Shown: positions 1-9,633 of the stretch, in pieces
How the letters are laid out: each line of letters begins with the position of its first letter
How positions within the stretch are numbered: the stretch's first letter is position 1
DNA from: an uncultured virus (IMG/VR IMGVR_UViG_3300035183_000083)
Lineage: Duplodnaviria > Heunggongvirae > Uroviricota > Caudoviricetes
Length of the DNA: 37,902 nt
Virus record (IMG/VR): IMGVR_UViG_3300035183_000083
Direction: 5' to 3' (one strand)
Made by a program: the position numbers and the translations under genes
The notes under the pieces: model-generated
The model's input: the letters and a program-made list of their open reading frames with translations, nothing else
Told to the model about the DNA's origin: nothing
Databases searched by the model: none

Positions 1-812
1 TTTTTGGCCTTTATGGCCGGTGATAGTTGATGTGATAGATTACCCTTCTTGGCTTTAGGAGCTGTAGGATCTTCCTTATGAGGCTGGTATGAAGCCTCTT
101 GCTTTCGCTTTCGCTTCTGTTTGTGCCGATGCTGCTGTTGCTCCTCTTTTTGCTTTAGTGGTTGTTCAGATAAGCCGGTAATGTCAGTAGTTTCAGTCTT
201 ACCTTCTACTACCGTTTGAGTTTCAGCCTTTGACTCTGCCACTTTAGTCAGCTTGGGTTTAGAACGGGACTCCTTAAATTCTGCTTTTACCACCCCCAAT
301 AGCTTGTTGAATTTCTTTTGGGTAAGACCCAAAAGCTCTCTAAGACTTATTTCACTGCAAGTGCCTGTGTGCTTGACCAAAAACCTTTTATAGACCTTGG
401 CCTTGAATAAGAAGGGTAACATCCAAGTCTCAAACCCAATCTCAGGCACAGTCAACGGGTAGTTATTGACCAACCGGACTAACCGGCGATGCTTTGGATT
501 GTTACCATCCTTGGGCTTGTACTCTTGCTTAATGAACTCAATGTACTTATACAAGGTCAATATGGCCTTGACGCTAGCCATTGCTTCCTTTCTTTTTAAA
601 GAAACCATCCGTGTTGTTATCCCTTTATCGAACTTAAAATAGTGTAACTCTGCATCAGTTATAGCCTTCCCGTTGCAGTCGGGAGTTCTATCTAATTCTA
701 AGCACTTCCTTTGCGTCTTATTATTGTGGCTTTTGCAACTTGTTATAGGACAGGGCCCTTTAAACAAAAAATTTTTATTGTACACGCATTGATTAAGTTT
801 ATCCGATGACAT
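1..812 (-). CDS. Hypothetical protein, partial (runs off the left edge, at least 270 aa), Cys-rich N-terminus and basic C-terminal tail
   Basis: Not in the ORF track; translated by hand. ATG at 812 overlaps the end of the RuvC gene and is preceded by AGGAAGG. It reads MSSDKLNQCVYNKNFLFKGPCPITSCKSHNNKTQRKCLEL...HRHKQKRKRKQE... with no stop before position 1. Confidence 0.8.
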   Translation of the reverse strand, partial: MSSDKLNQCVYNKNFLFKGPCPITSCKSHNNKTQRKCLELDRTPDCNGKAITDAELHYFKFDKGITTRMVSLKRKEAMASVKAILTLYKYIEFIKQEYKPKDGNNPKHRRLVRLVNNYPLTVPEIGFETWMLPFLFKAKVYKRFLVKHTGTCSEISLRELLGLTQKKFNKLLGVVKAEFKESRSKPKLTKVAESKAETQTVVEGKTETTDITGLSEQPLKQKEEQQQHRHKQKRKRKQEASYQPHKEDPTAPKAKKGNLSHQLSPAIKAK

Positions 813-1431
813 GGCGCACCTTCCTGTTAATGACTTGACCCTGGTTGGTCCGGTTTATTTGCTTGGCTAAAGCCTCTTCGGCTTTCTCTACAGATGGATC
901 AAAAAACGTAAAGGGTTTCTCACCCAACCACAAAGCTGCACTGTACAACCCGATACCCACTGAATCAACTTGATGCGGTGTACATTTCACCTTCTTATAG
1001 AAGGCTTCAAGGTCTGAGTGCCTATTCCACGCATTCTTCCATGTAGCAGAAGTCAGCAGTATAAACCTGTCCGATTTATCATGAAAGAAACCCATCGTTA
1101 AGCCAATCATAGAATTGACCAGTTCAATGTTGGTTCCTCCGTGTCCTCTGGACATGTAGCGCTCCATTACTACTGAATCTACTTGGTACTTGCGTCTTAG
1201 AGCCTTAAGCTCCTTTATAAAATTGGATGCCTGGATGGACATAGGGCCTTTTAAGGCTTTGACCGTATGCTTTAGGTCTCCCGAGGCAATTACTCGAAAA
1301 GTAAACGGCTTGCGTACCTTCAAGATAGCCCATGCAAAATTCGCTATACCTGGATCCATCGCTAGTATGGTAATTGACCTAGCATGTTGGCTAGCCTTGG
1401 TTTTCATGTATCTAATCCTTGGACGTTTCAT
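799..1431 (-). CDS. ruvC: RuvC-like Holliday junction resolvase
   Basis: RNase H-fold acidic motifs ILAMDPGIANFAW, VVMERY and HQVDSVGIG. Start moved to ATG 1431 (MKRPRIRY) because GAGG lies just upstream. Confidence 0.8.
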   Translation of the reverse strand: MKRPRIRYMKTKASQHARSITILAMDPGIANFAWAILKVRKPFTFRVIASGDLKHTVKALKGPMSIQASNFIKELKALRRKYQVDSVVMERYMSRGHGGTNIELVNSMIGLTMGFFHDKSDRFILLTSATWKNAWNRHSDLEAFYKKVKCTPHQVDSVGIGLYSAALWLGEKPFTFFDPSVEKAEEALAKQINRTNQGQVINRKVRHVIG

Positions 1432-1507
1432 TGATAACCTCAAATTAGCTAAGAACGGGTTGTTTTAGAAATGTTTTTACCTATCAACAAAGATTTACAT
1501 TTATCAA

Positions 1508-1520
1508 GTAATTTTATAGG
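1508..1520 (+). promoter_or_regulatory. Candidate late-promoter motif (TAATTT class)
   Basis: GTAATTTTATAGG about 50 nt before the ATG at 1569. Similar motifs precede other structural genes. Confidence 0.45.
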
Positions 1521-1568
1521 TAAAATGCTAACTGTTAAGGCCAGCCCAATAAACCTAGAAGGTCGTAT

Positions 1569-2660
1569 ATGAAACGCGGATCAGGTAACATCAAGGCAGT
1601 ATACGCCAAAAACTTTACGTCCAAACAAGCACAGGCTAGAATGGACGCAACTATTAAACCTATGCAACGGCAAGGGTTGAATGCGCTAGCCGTGGACAGC
1701 TATCCTGTCCTGTATTACCAGAATACTATGAGTACCCTGGTTTGTACGTGCCAGCAAACGGAATTGACTGAGGGACTATCCCAAATTTCTACCGAAATGC
1801 CGCCTAATGCGATTGACCAAGAGTCAGAAGTCGGGTCCATTATCAGCATTGACCATTCCAGACCACTGTTCGGCTTTAGGTCTGACATGCCTGACCCAGT
1901 TACACCTGTTCCAGACATGGACTTTACCATAGATGAACACCATTCTAATACCACTCATATGGACGTAGTGGATAGCTTGTTCCAAGCTAGTACGGACTGC
2001 GGTATATGCTATAAAACAGGATTCGTACCTGGTTATTCTTTATATGGGCAAGTTAGGGAGGTTTTGACTACCCATTCAATAGCGGATTTAAAAGGCTTCT
2101 TTATAAAGGTATCTGAAGCACCTCACAGGTTGCAACGGTTAAATGAGGAAGGGTGGGTTAAGTTCTCAGTTGACATACCTAAATACCTTAAGCAGGTACG
2201 GTACTCAGTTAGGAACAATAGGGAGCTGCTATCGGAAGAACCGTTGTGGACTGCTGTAGATGGTCAACAAGATGAAGTGGTTACCTTGGATTACCTATTG
2301 GCTTGCCGAGGTTCTTACTTAGAATTCAAGGTTAAAGCAGAGGAGTTTACGCATGTAGTATTGGAGTTTGATACAGGGTGCGATCCTGTTATAGCCAATA
2401 TTGCCCAATTAAGTAAAACTATGGACTGGACTCTATTTGACTCAATAGGGAACGTCAACATAACCCTGCCCATGACCATACCGGACCTACATGCGCATGA
2501 TGTGATCTTTGTGCCTAAAATACGGTCAACGTTTAAAATAACGGATTTTCAATACGCTAGGACTAGTCACGGAGGTCAAATAGAATGGTCATGTAGTACC
2601 CGCGTATTACAACCTCAAGAGTGTCTAAAGCTCATTCATAAGTCTAGGACTTTACTCTAA
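1569..2660 (+). CDS. Putative virion neck/head-completion protein with Cys motif
   Basis: 363 aa with CTC...DCGICYKTGFVPGY. A CxC...CxxCxxTG pattern occurs in neck proteins of large myoviruses. It lies in the structural block; the function is inferred. Confidence 0.4.
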   Translation: MKRGSGNIKAVYAKNFTSKQAQARMDATIKPMQRQGLNALAVDSYPVLYYQNTMSTLVCTCQQTELTEGLSQISTEMPPNAIDQESEVGSIISIDHSRPLFGFRSDMPDPVTPVPDMDFTIDEHHSNTTHMDVVDSLFQASTDCGICYKTGFVPGYSLYGQVREVLTTHSIADLKGFFIKVSEAPHRLQRLNEEGWVKFSVDIPKYLKQVRYSVRNNRELLSEEPLWTAVDGQQDEVVTLDYLLACRGSYLEFKVKAEEFTHVVLEFDTGCDPVIANIAQLSKTMDWTLFDSIGNVNITLPMTIPDLHAHDVIFVPKIRSTFKITDFQYARTSHGGQIEWSCSTRVLQPQECLKLIHKSRTLL

Positions 2661-2840
2661 ATCCTTAATTAGAGTACGTGTTTTAAAGCACACAATTGGA
2701 CTTAAATCTTTTGTTATGTAGCGCCTAAATTTCTTCCAAAATCATTGCATTTTTATTCTACGGATGATAATTATAGGTCGCGAAAAGCAATTAAGCTTGA
2801 TGTATAGCATTTGTTAACCCGATCACATAAGGTGAATATC

Positions 2841-3680
2841 ATGGCCATCAATCGCCGTTTGAAGAAAGTAGGTGACCTGACCGAGGTCAAAAAGCGGAAG
2901 AAGAAAAAAACCGACGCGGACTCCGTCAAGAAGCGCAAAGAGGCCAAAAAGAACTACCAGAAAAACAAGGCCAAGATCAAGAAGCAGCGTCAGCTTCGGT
3001 TTGCCAAGATGACGGCGGCTGAAAAAGCTTTCAACAAAAAGCACGCCAAGATCCTGCGTGATCTCCGTGAAGGCAAGTTCGGCCGCAATGGTGCCAAAGC
3101 CTCCAAAGAGGACAAAAAGTCCATTGCGGAAGCTAAGAAAGCCCAGCGCGAAATGCTCCGCAAAGCCAAGACCGAGGTCCGTGATCAGGTCAAGGCGCAC
3201 ATCGAAGCTCTCCGCGCCGAGAAGAAAGCTAAGCTGGCTGATACCAAGTCCATCAAGGACTTGAAGGCCCGCAAAGCCAAGCGCAAAGCCATCTCCAAGG
3301 CCTATGACGCCAAGATCGCCGCCGTTCAGAAGGAACACAAGGCCAAGATCAAGGAGATCTACACCAAGCACGGTGTGAAGAAGGCTAAGAAGAAGACCGA
3401 AGGTACTTCGACCAAGAAGACCACCGGTAAGGCTAAGGCCAAGAAGACCACCGGTAAGGCTAAGGCCAAGAAGACTGGCGAGAAGGCCAAAACCAATGGT
3501 AAGGCTAAGAAGAAAACCGGTGAGGCCGCTTCCAAGAAGGGCAAGACTGCTGAGTCCAAGAAGGGCAAGACTGCTGAGTCCAAGAAGGGCAAGACTGCTG
3601 AGTCCAAGAAGGGCAAGACTGCTGAGTCCAAGAAGGGCAAGACTGCTGAGTCCAAGAAGAAGCGTCCCGTGGTAGCATAA
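2841..3680 (+). CDS. Very Lys/Ala-rich histone H1-like basic DNA-binding protein
   Basis: About 30% Lys by hand count. C-terminal KKTTGKAKA and KKGKTAES repeats; strongly biased AAG/GCC codons. Start placed at ATG 2841 after AAGGTG. Confidence 0.75.
   Translation: MAINRRLKKVGDLTEVKKRKKKKTDADSVKKRKEAKKNYQKNKAKIKKQRQLRFAKMTAAEKAFNKKHAKILRDLREGKFGRNGAKASKEDKKSIAEAKKAQREMLRKAKTEVRDQVKAHIEALRAEKKAKLADTKSIKDLKARKAKRKAISKAYDAKIAAVQKEHKAKIKEIYTKHGVKKAKKKTEGTSTKKTTGKAKAKKTTGKAKAKKTGEKAKTNGKAKKKTGEAASKKGKTAESKKGKTAESKKGKTAESKKGKTAESKKGKTAESKKKRPVVA
3412..3475 (+). repeat. 27-bp coding tandem repeat (KKTTGKAKA), about 2.4 copies
   Basis: ccaagaagaccaccggtaaggctaagg at 3412 and 3439, partial copy at 3466. 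Confidence 0.9.
3531..3659 (+). repeat. Perfect 24-bp coding tandem repeat (SKKGKTAE), 5 copies plus a partial copy
   Basis: tccaagaagggcaagactgctgag at 3531, 3555, 3579, 3603 and 3627, partial copy at 3651. Confidence 0.97.
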
Positions 3681-3717
3681 TCAGCACTACCTTTAACAGT
3701 GCTGCATTGATGTAAGG

Positions 3718-3743
3718 AGGGGGCTTAATAAGCCCCCTTTCTT
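3718..3743 (+). terminator. Rho-independent terminator
   Basis: AGGGGGCTT-AAT-AAGCCCCCT stem followed by TTCTT, just after the H1-like gene. Confidence 0.8.
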
Positions 3744-3806
3744 GTGTCTAGGTTTTTGCAAAAACACTAAAACTCTACCTTTACCCAGTTAATGTGCACA
3801 AGCTTT

Positions 3807-3820
3807 GAATGTAATTTTTA
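3807..3820 (+). promoter_or_regulatory. Candidate late-promoter motif (TAATTT class)
   Basis: GAATGTAATTTTTA about 40 nt before the ATG at 3860, directly after a terminator. Its first 11 nt are identical to 7561-7571. Confidence 0.5.
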
Positions 3821-3859
3821 CATACATTTAGGCAAATCCTGACAAAGGTAAATATATAT

Positions 3860-5134
3860 ATGAAGATTAGTCTGTCCACTAACAGTCAAAGGCTGAATGC
3901 TATTCGGGAATCCCGTAACGTTCCTGAATTGATGCGGATTATTACGGCCATTGGGAAGGAAACCAAACAAATCATACAAGGTGCGTGTAATGGGTCTATA
4001 GTGGTGGCTGCTGCTAATGACACTGACGGTAAAGGTAAGAAGAAAGGTCCTGTTACGGAAGTCATTACCATCGACCACACAGGTACGGTAGATCCTAATA
4101 GCTCCACAGACAAGCCGTCCGCTACGGTCAAGAACTTCAAAATGCCCAATAAAGCATCTTTGGGCACTTTGAGTAAAGAGTTTGCCGTTATCCAGAAGCT
4201 GTACAATAACGCATTGGACTTAGATTCCGTTGAGTCCATGCTGTTACATTCTTTTGTGGGCTCTAAAAATCAGCCTGCTGCCTTAAAAGCTGTGCGGGCT
4301 TTGAAAGCAGAGATTGACGAAAAGGTCAGCGATTCCTTCACCCATTTGGCCTCTGTAGCAAGTAAGCACCTTCCTCCGGAAATTCAACGCTTCGCCAACA
4401 AGATCAAAGAATATATCCTGGAGAACGTTAAAGTTAAATCGTACTCCGAAATGTTCGAGGAAGTGTACGCTATTCCAGCTAAGCAATCGCCCGATGACCT
4501 TGAATTCTGCTATTACTTTACCCTCAAGGACTTGACCAATGAACACGGGTACTCGTTCGGTGAGTATAACGTAGTCCTTACCGCTTTAGTCAATCCAGGT
4601 GGTGGCGTCAAGTACTTCATCAATGCGATACCAGACTTCAAGATACCTGGATCGTACCCCATGGGTAAGCAGGTAAAGTCTGGGGCAGAGGCTTTACTCC
4701 GGCTTAAGCTCCTACTGGCTCACAACAATGTTGTTACGGAGCATGAAAAAGAGCCAATGCCTATTGATACGGATAGAGCCAAAACGTCGGGCCTGACCAA
4801 TATTCCTGATGTGAAGGACGCATCGGTGAAGGACGACACTTTGATCTTGAAGATCGCCAAAACGGGCCCTGATACGGTCAACTCTATCTTGACCAAGGTA
4901 ATTCCGTTGCTAAAGAAGGTCCTGGGATTAGGAGACAATAGTAAGGTAGTTATTCAGTCGCGGTTGATTAAGCCTAAGAAAGAGCTTCATATCGTTTTGA
5001 CACCTAACTTACCCAATCGTACTGCGGATAAGCAGACCAAGCTCAACGTTAAAAAGCTAGATGAACTGCGAGACCTTTTGGACTTGTCCGACGTTGAGGT
5101 CCAAGCAATTAAACTGGCGCTCAAAAGCCAGTAA
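3860..5134 (+). CDS. Hypothetical phage protein, probably virion-associated
   Basis: 424-aa ORF with an N-terminal MKISLSTNS leader resembling those of neighbouring basic proteins. No recognised catalytic motif. Confidence 0.7.
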   Translation: MKISLSTNSQRLNAIRESRNVPELMRIITAIGKETKQIIQGACNGSIVVAAANDTDGKGKKKGPVTEVITIDHTGTVDPNSSTDKPSATVKNFKMPNKASLGTLSKEFAVIQKLYNNALDLDSVESMLLHSFVGSKNQPAALKAVRALKAEIDEKVSDSFTHLASVASKHLPPEIQRFANKIKEYILENVKVKSYSEMFEEVYAIPAKQSPDDLEFCYYFTLKDLTNEHGYSFGEYNVVLTALVNPGGGVKYFINAIPDFKIPGSYPMGKQVKSGAEALLRLKLLLAHNNVVTEHEKEPMPIDTDRAKTSGLTNIPDVKDASVKDDTLILKIAKTGPDTVNSILTKVIPLLKKVLGLGDNSKVVIQSRLIKPKKELHIVLTPNLPNRTADKQTKLNVKKLDELRDLLDLSDVEVQAIKLALKSQ

Positions 5135-5231
5135 CGTGTCACTGTGCACCACAGAGCGATCGGCAGCAGCTAGTTCCTAAATCTAAAGCTAGAGGCTGCT
5201 GGTCGGGTGGTCATTTACAAGGGGAGGTACT

Positions 5232-6404
5232 ATGCTTCACAGGGAGCAGTCTCATAACTTTAAACACAGGATTCTCCCTATTTCGGAACCTAAAAGCTTA
5301 TTGAAGCCTACCTACTTGGGTATCCGTGTGGGAGACCTGTATGAACACCTTATTAGCGTTATATGGTCAACAGTGGGGACCTTAGAGGGTGCGTCAACCA
5401 ATTTTACGTTAATCAACGTATTCAGCCCTCTAAACTTAGTTTCTTACGGGACGTCACGCCCACCACCTAATGGTGCGTTTGCTAAAGGCTCTCGCATCGT
5501 GTTCACTTTCAGCCTCAGCTTCCTTGACGACTATCCTCAAGACCTTTCTGGTCGGTTACGCCTTTCCAACTATGACTACATGTGGCACGGATCTTCGGGC
5601 CACCGGTTCCTTATCATAGGGATACCTCTAGACGTAGGGGCTAAACTAGGCTTATTCGACCTAATGCCCAATACGTTGCGGTATTTGTTCAATGTTGTCG
5701 GATGGATGACCAAGACCTTCGTAATCCGTCATTCTTACTACAGCCCTTCTGAAGATTATGGGTCAGTAGTGGGACTAGAAAGTCTCTTAAGGGAGAAAGA
5801 CTGTGTATTAGCGGCTCCTATAGGAGACTGTATTAAACACCTAGACTATCCCGAGTGGGCTTTCAATAGGGAAATCTGGGATTATGCTCCCAACCTTTTG
5901 TCCTATAGGTGTGTAAGTCCTACACTGAGCTTATACCTTTTAGCCTACCTCAATCCTTGGCCTAGGTCTGTTCCAGCTTTGCGCTTACTTGGGCTTAAAC
6001 AAGATGACAGTGGGCTACCCACACTAGGCTCTACTGTTCTGGATTACCTTACTCAAAGTTTGACCTTATTCGTCCAGTCAGTGAATACGGACACCAAAAA
6101 GAGCTTCTACAGTGAGCTTGAATTATTGGCTCCGGTTGCGATTGAATCCCTCTTATTTAAGGGAAATCTAAAGCTAGACCTAGATGTCGGTAGTAGGGAA
6201 GGCGTGGGATTTGATAGTGACCAAGACCTTCGGTGGGTTCTGAGCCAAAGCTACAACAGACTGATGGACATAGTGAAAACCAGAGGGGTGGACCTAGGTT
6301 CACTGTTATTGCCAGCCAGGCCAGTAGCACTAAAGATGATGGTAGGTGATCTGGAATTCTGCGGAAAACTTTTATCTACTCTAAGTATAGAGGATGACCT
6401 ATGA
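5232..6404 (+). CDS. Hypothetical protein
   Basis: 390-aa ORF with a strong GGGGAGG RBS and an ATGA overlap with the next gene. No recognisable motif. Confidence 0.7.
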   Translation: MLHREQSHNFKHRILPISEPKSLLKPTYLGIRVGDLYEHLISVIWSTVGTLEGASTNFTLINVFSPLNLVSYGTSRPPPNGAFAKGSRIVFTFSLSFLDDYPQDLSGRLRLSNYDYMWHGSSGHRFLIIGIPLDVGAKLGLFDLMPNTLRYLFNVVGWMTKTFVIRHSYYSPSEDYGSVVGLESLLREKDCVLAAPIGDCIKHLDYPEWAFNREIWDYAPNLLSYRCVSPTLSLYLLAYLNPWPRSVPALRLLGLKQDDSGLPTLGSTVLDYLTQSLTLFVQSVNTDTKKSFYSELELLAPVAIESLLFKGNLKLDLDVGSREGVGFDSDQDLRWVLSQSYNRLMDIVKTRGVDLGSLLLPARPVALKMMVGDLEFCGKLLSTLSIEDDL

Positions 6405-7546
6405 TTTATAATGCCGTAGATGGCTCTGTATTTGAGGCTAACCACGAGTTCTTGGACGACGAATCTGATAGCCCGTTGGTACCTAAGCCTGGTTATCCTA
6501 AGGTCCGTCTGTTGGATAAGGACAAAAACTTGCTATTTTCAGGCCTTGGAGTACCGGACGTTACACCAGGTAATTGGAAAGCTTCGGTTGCAGTCCCTAC
6601 CATTGGTAATACTGATCGTCTGGAACTAATAGTTGAATGGAGATTTTGGGAGAGTAACGGTCAAAAGACCAAGGTGACCGAAGCTGTATTAGTGGACCCT
6701 AAGACAGAGCCGCGTGTAAGCAATATCGTTGTCCTCCAAGGGAAATCCAAGTTTAAGTTCTCTCTCCCTATTCCGTACAGACAGGGTGTGGATGAGGGTT
6801 TCCTACAGCTCTACCTTAATAATTCACCCGTCCTCAACCCGCCTATAGACTTAGGTGACAGTCAGGCAGTGGAGGTCGTAACGCTGTCAGATAAGGCTAG
6901 CTTCAAATGCGGTGTGCCGCCTGTCAATCCGTCGTTGAAGCCCTATCTGTTAGACCTAACCATAACCAGATCCTCTGGTGAAGATGTAGACTTCACCTAC
7001 ATGTGGTGGCTAGTAACACCTCAAATTGTGCTGGCTACCAATGCACTGGAAGAATTCTTGAATAAAGCTCGTATAGAAGAAGTTATTCCGAGTTTGCAGT
7101 ATGTGGATGGTGACTTAGTCCACTATTTGGAACGAGGGTTATATCTATTTAATACGGTGGGGTCCACCACAGCCTTTACAGGCACAAACATGCAAGGGAT
7201 TTTGTACGAGGCCTGGTTGACTTGTTCTTGTTACTATGCCTTATGTGCTCAGCTTATAGCAGAAGGCTCTTTAGCCTTTGACTTTAGTGGCCAGGGGGTT
7301 AGTCTTAATGTGGACCGTACTCCGCAGCTAGAAGCGGCATTAGGTAGGATTGAGAGGCACATCGCTGACCAGATCGCTCCATTGAAGAAAAAGATGGTGC
7401 AACAAGGATTTTTGACAGGAGACGGGTCCGCAGGAGCAGGACCACTAAGGAATTCTATGAGTATTGGCCGTTTAGGCATGATAAATAGCCCAACAACTCG
7501 TGTTGGGGGCTATGGTGGCGGCCTATTCTTAGGCAGAAGGAACTGA
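6401..7546 (+). CDS. Putative head-tail connector/adaptor protein
   Basis: 381 aa. The C-terminal LCAQLIAEGSLAFDFSGQGVSLNVDRTPQL resembles the F-x-x-S-x-x-G-V-S segment of large-phage head-tail adaptors; beta-rich N-terminus. Function is inferred. Confidence 0.45.
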   Translation: MIYNAVDGSVFEANHEFLDDESDSPLVPKPGYPKVRLLDKDKNLLFSGLGVPDVTPGNWKASVAVPTIGNTDRLELIVEWRFWESNGQKTKVTEAVLVDPKTEPRVSNIVVLQGKSKFKFSLPIPYRQGVDEGFLQLYLNNSPVLNPPIDLGDSQAVEVVTLSDKASFKCGVPPVNPSLKPYLLDLTITRSSGEDVDFTYMWWLVTPQIVLATNALEEFLNKARIEEVIPSLQYVDGDLVHYLERGLYLFNTVGSTTAFTGTNMQGILYEAWLTCSCYYALCAQLIAEGSLAFDFSGQGVSLNVDRTPQLEAALGRIERHIADQIAPLKKKMVQQGFLTGDGSAGAGPLRNSMSIGRLGMINSPTTRVGGYGGGLFLGRRN

Positions 7547-7560
7547 GGATTTAGGTCGCG

Positions 7561-7573
7561 GAATGTAATTTAC
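7561..7573 (+). promoter_or_regulatory. Candidate late-promoter motif (TAATTT class)
   Basis: GAATGTAATTTAC about 40 nt before the ATG at 7614. Confidence 0.5.
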
Positions 7574-7613
7574 TTCGTCGTTAAGACTCAACTTCCACTA
7601 AAGGTATCGACCC

Positions 7614-8585
7614 ATGAGAAAACCTCAGATAGCAGTAGCAGCAGCTGCCAAGGGCATTAAGACTGGCCTGCCTGTCGTAGTTCTGCGTAACTACGCTCTG
7701 GCTGGTGACGGTATCGTTCAAGCAACTATGGACATCACCCATACGGAGGAAAGCCGTAGCAACTTGGACCTCGTGTATCAAGCAATCAAGACTCGTTTCG
7801 ACAGTAAGTTGGAAGCGGTTGCTGGTTCTTTTACTCGACTTGACCATGGCCGGTTCACTGACCGTATTACCGGTATCCTCAGCCAAGTGAAGACGATCCT
7901 GCCCCTGCCGGCAAGCGGCAAGCTTGAAGGCTTCAGGAGCATTTCCTCCAACATATTCATGGATGAAGAACGTGATATGTGGCATCTTCGCAAGACCGCT
8001 GCTGGTCAGGTTCTGGTCCGAGCTACTGACATTGGTGACGACATGTCCTTGTTGAACTTCTTGGACAGCAAGAGCAGCACCTCCGGTGGTTTTCGGTCCA
8101 GCCAGGACTTCCGGTCCCTCAGCTCGGCACTGCAAACCCTGCAAGATCGCATCGAGGGCGGTAAGTTGGTTACTTACGTTACCACGGACAACAAAGTTCG
8201 CCATGGTATCTGTGTGGCCACTGTAACTACCCAGGTGCCGGCCGAAGCTTTGCCTCAGCAGCCGATGGTTGGCCAAGAACAGCCCACACCCCAAGTCAGT
8301 GCTGAACAGGTCAATTACTCGCAGAAACTCTTGGAAGGTGCACTTATCCTTCCTATGGATGTATCGGATCCGGAGATCGTTTCCAAGCCTGCGGTCACTG
8401 TTGTGCATGAAGCCACGCTGCCCGAAGTGCAGCTTTCTCCGCAAGAACGGGCTGACTATGCTATGGCTAGTGCCCGTGGGTTTAGCGCCGAAGACCTGAT
8501 TGCTTACTACCGTAAGCTGTATGGCCAGCATCCGGAGTTCTTCTCCAGGTTCGAAGCCAACATTCGCAAGCAGATGTATTGTTAA
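7614..8585 (+). CDS. Hypothetical protein, probably an abundant virion/head protein
   Basis: 323 aa with high-expression codon style and an AAAGG RBS, in the structural block. Confidence 0.7.
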   Translation: MRKPQIAVAAAAKGIKTGLPVVVLRNYALAGDGIVQATMDITHTEESRSNLDLVYQAIKTRFDSKLEAVAGSFTRLDHGRFTDRITGILSQVKTILPLPASGKLEGFRSISSNIFMDEERDMWHLRKTAAGQVLVRATDIGDDMSLLNFLDSKSSTSGGFRSSQDFRSLSSALQTLQDRIEGGKLVTYVTTDNKVRHGICVATVTTQVPAEALPQQPMVGQEQPTPQVSAEQVNYSQKLLEGALILPMDVSDPEIVSKPAVTVVHEATLPEVQLSPQERADYAMASARGFSAEDLIAYYRKLYGQHPEFFSRFEANIRKQMYC

Positions 8586-8706
8586 CCAAGGCCTTTAAGG
8601 CCTTAACCCCACTGACCCGCGTGCTGCCTCCGTTGTACGCCACTGCTAACTACACGCGCTTTACGGCACAGGCAGCAGCCCAACCCAATCATTTAGGATA
8701 AAAGTC

Positions 8707-9459
8707 ATGGCTAAAATCGTTACTTCCCCGAGCTTCACCAGCGTATCGGCCTCCAGCAACCCCTTCCTGTCCGCGGACGGCCTGTTGAATTTTGGTGCTG
8801 TCGCCACCCTGCAAAAGAAGGTTGCGGAGATCCTCAAGAAAGATAAAGAAGGTGACATTAAGGTCACTTCTGTATTCGTGATGCCCCGTAAGGCCAAGCC
8901 GGAAGCCTACTCTGAGTCCAAGCAGAAATCCGGTGACCTCAAGTACCTCAGCCGCAGGGCTATCAAGCTGGCCGAACGCAAGCGTGTTAAGCCGGAGTCT
9001 TTGGCTCGTGTCGCTATCCTCCTACAGGTCATCGACGGTGACGGTATCCCCAAGGCCATTAAAGACCAGACCAAGAAGGTCGCTTCCGCTGTAGCAGCTC
9101 ACCTCAAGAAGGCTGAAAAGTCCAAAGAAAGCATCACCAAGGCTAAGGCCAAGATTCGTGAGCAGAACAACAAGGTCTTCGCCAAGAGCCTGGAAGCCCT
9201 GAAAGACATGCTCACCGAAGGCGGTCTGAAAGAAAAGGATATGTTGGAAGCTAAAGGCATGATGGGAAGCTCTCTGCTGATTCGCCTGAGCGCGGAGAAC
9301 ATCGTCTCTGTCACCAGTGCTACTCCGGACCGCTGGAAGGCCGCTCAGAAAGCGGCTAAAGAGCAAGGTGACGAAGCAGCTCCGGCGACCAAGAAAAAGG
9401 CGTCGACCAAGAAGGAAGACACCAAGGCCAAAGCGAAGCCCAAGCGCAAAGCTAAGTAA
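8707..9459 (+). CDS. Lys/Ala-rich basic protein (putative DNA-condensing internal protein)
   Basis: 250 aa. Leader MAKIVTSPSFTSVSASS and H1-like tail KKKASTKKEDTKAKAKPKRKAK; strongly biased codons. Confidence 0.7.
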   Translation: MAKIVTSPSFTSVSASSNPFLSADGLLNFGAVATLQKKVAEILKKDKEGDIKVTSVFVMPRKAKPEAYSESKQKSGDLKYLSRRAIKLAERKRVKPESLARVAILLQVIDGDGIPKAIKDQTKKVASAVAAHLKKAEKSKESITKAKAKIREQNNKVFAKSLEALKDMLTEGGLKEKDMLEAKGMMGSSLLIRLSAENIVSVTSATPDRWKAAQKAAKEQGDEAAPATKKKASTKKEDTKAKAKPKRKAK

Positions 9460-9604
9460 GACCAGGCCTTAGGGGCTCTTTTCATTTCCTTAGACCTTAA
9501 TCAGGGCCTAGAAAGTTCTTTACCTAGAGCCCCATATGTGATATACTAGAGTCGAGAGACTGACACCAAATATCACAGGTTTAACACTGTGTTAGTCAAT
9601 AATT

Positions 9605-9633
9605 GGGACCGGTCTTAATGACCGGTTTCCTTT
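9605..9633 (+). other. Hairpin (terminator-like or RNA processing site)
   Basis: GGGACCGGTC-TTAAT-GACCGGTTTCC followed by TTT. Confidence 0.5.

Noticed and set aside
3531..3659. 24-bp repeats as a CRISPR array
   Set aside because: The units are head-to-tail with no spacers, in frame within a coding sequence, and there are no cas genes.
2823..3687. Minus-strand ORFs opposite the H1-like gene (and similar ones at 7581-8531, 9022-9366, 10536-10955, 14038-19193 and 34716-36512)
   Set aside because: Antisense shadows of codon-biased or repetitive + strand genes, with no protein motifs of their own.
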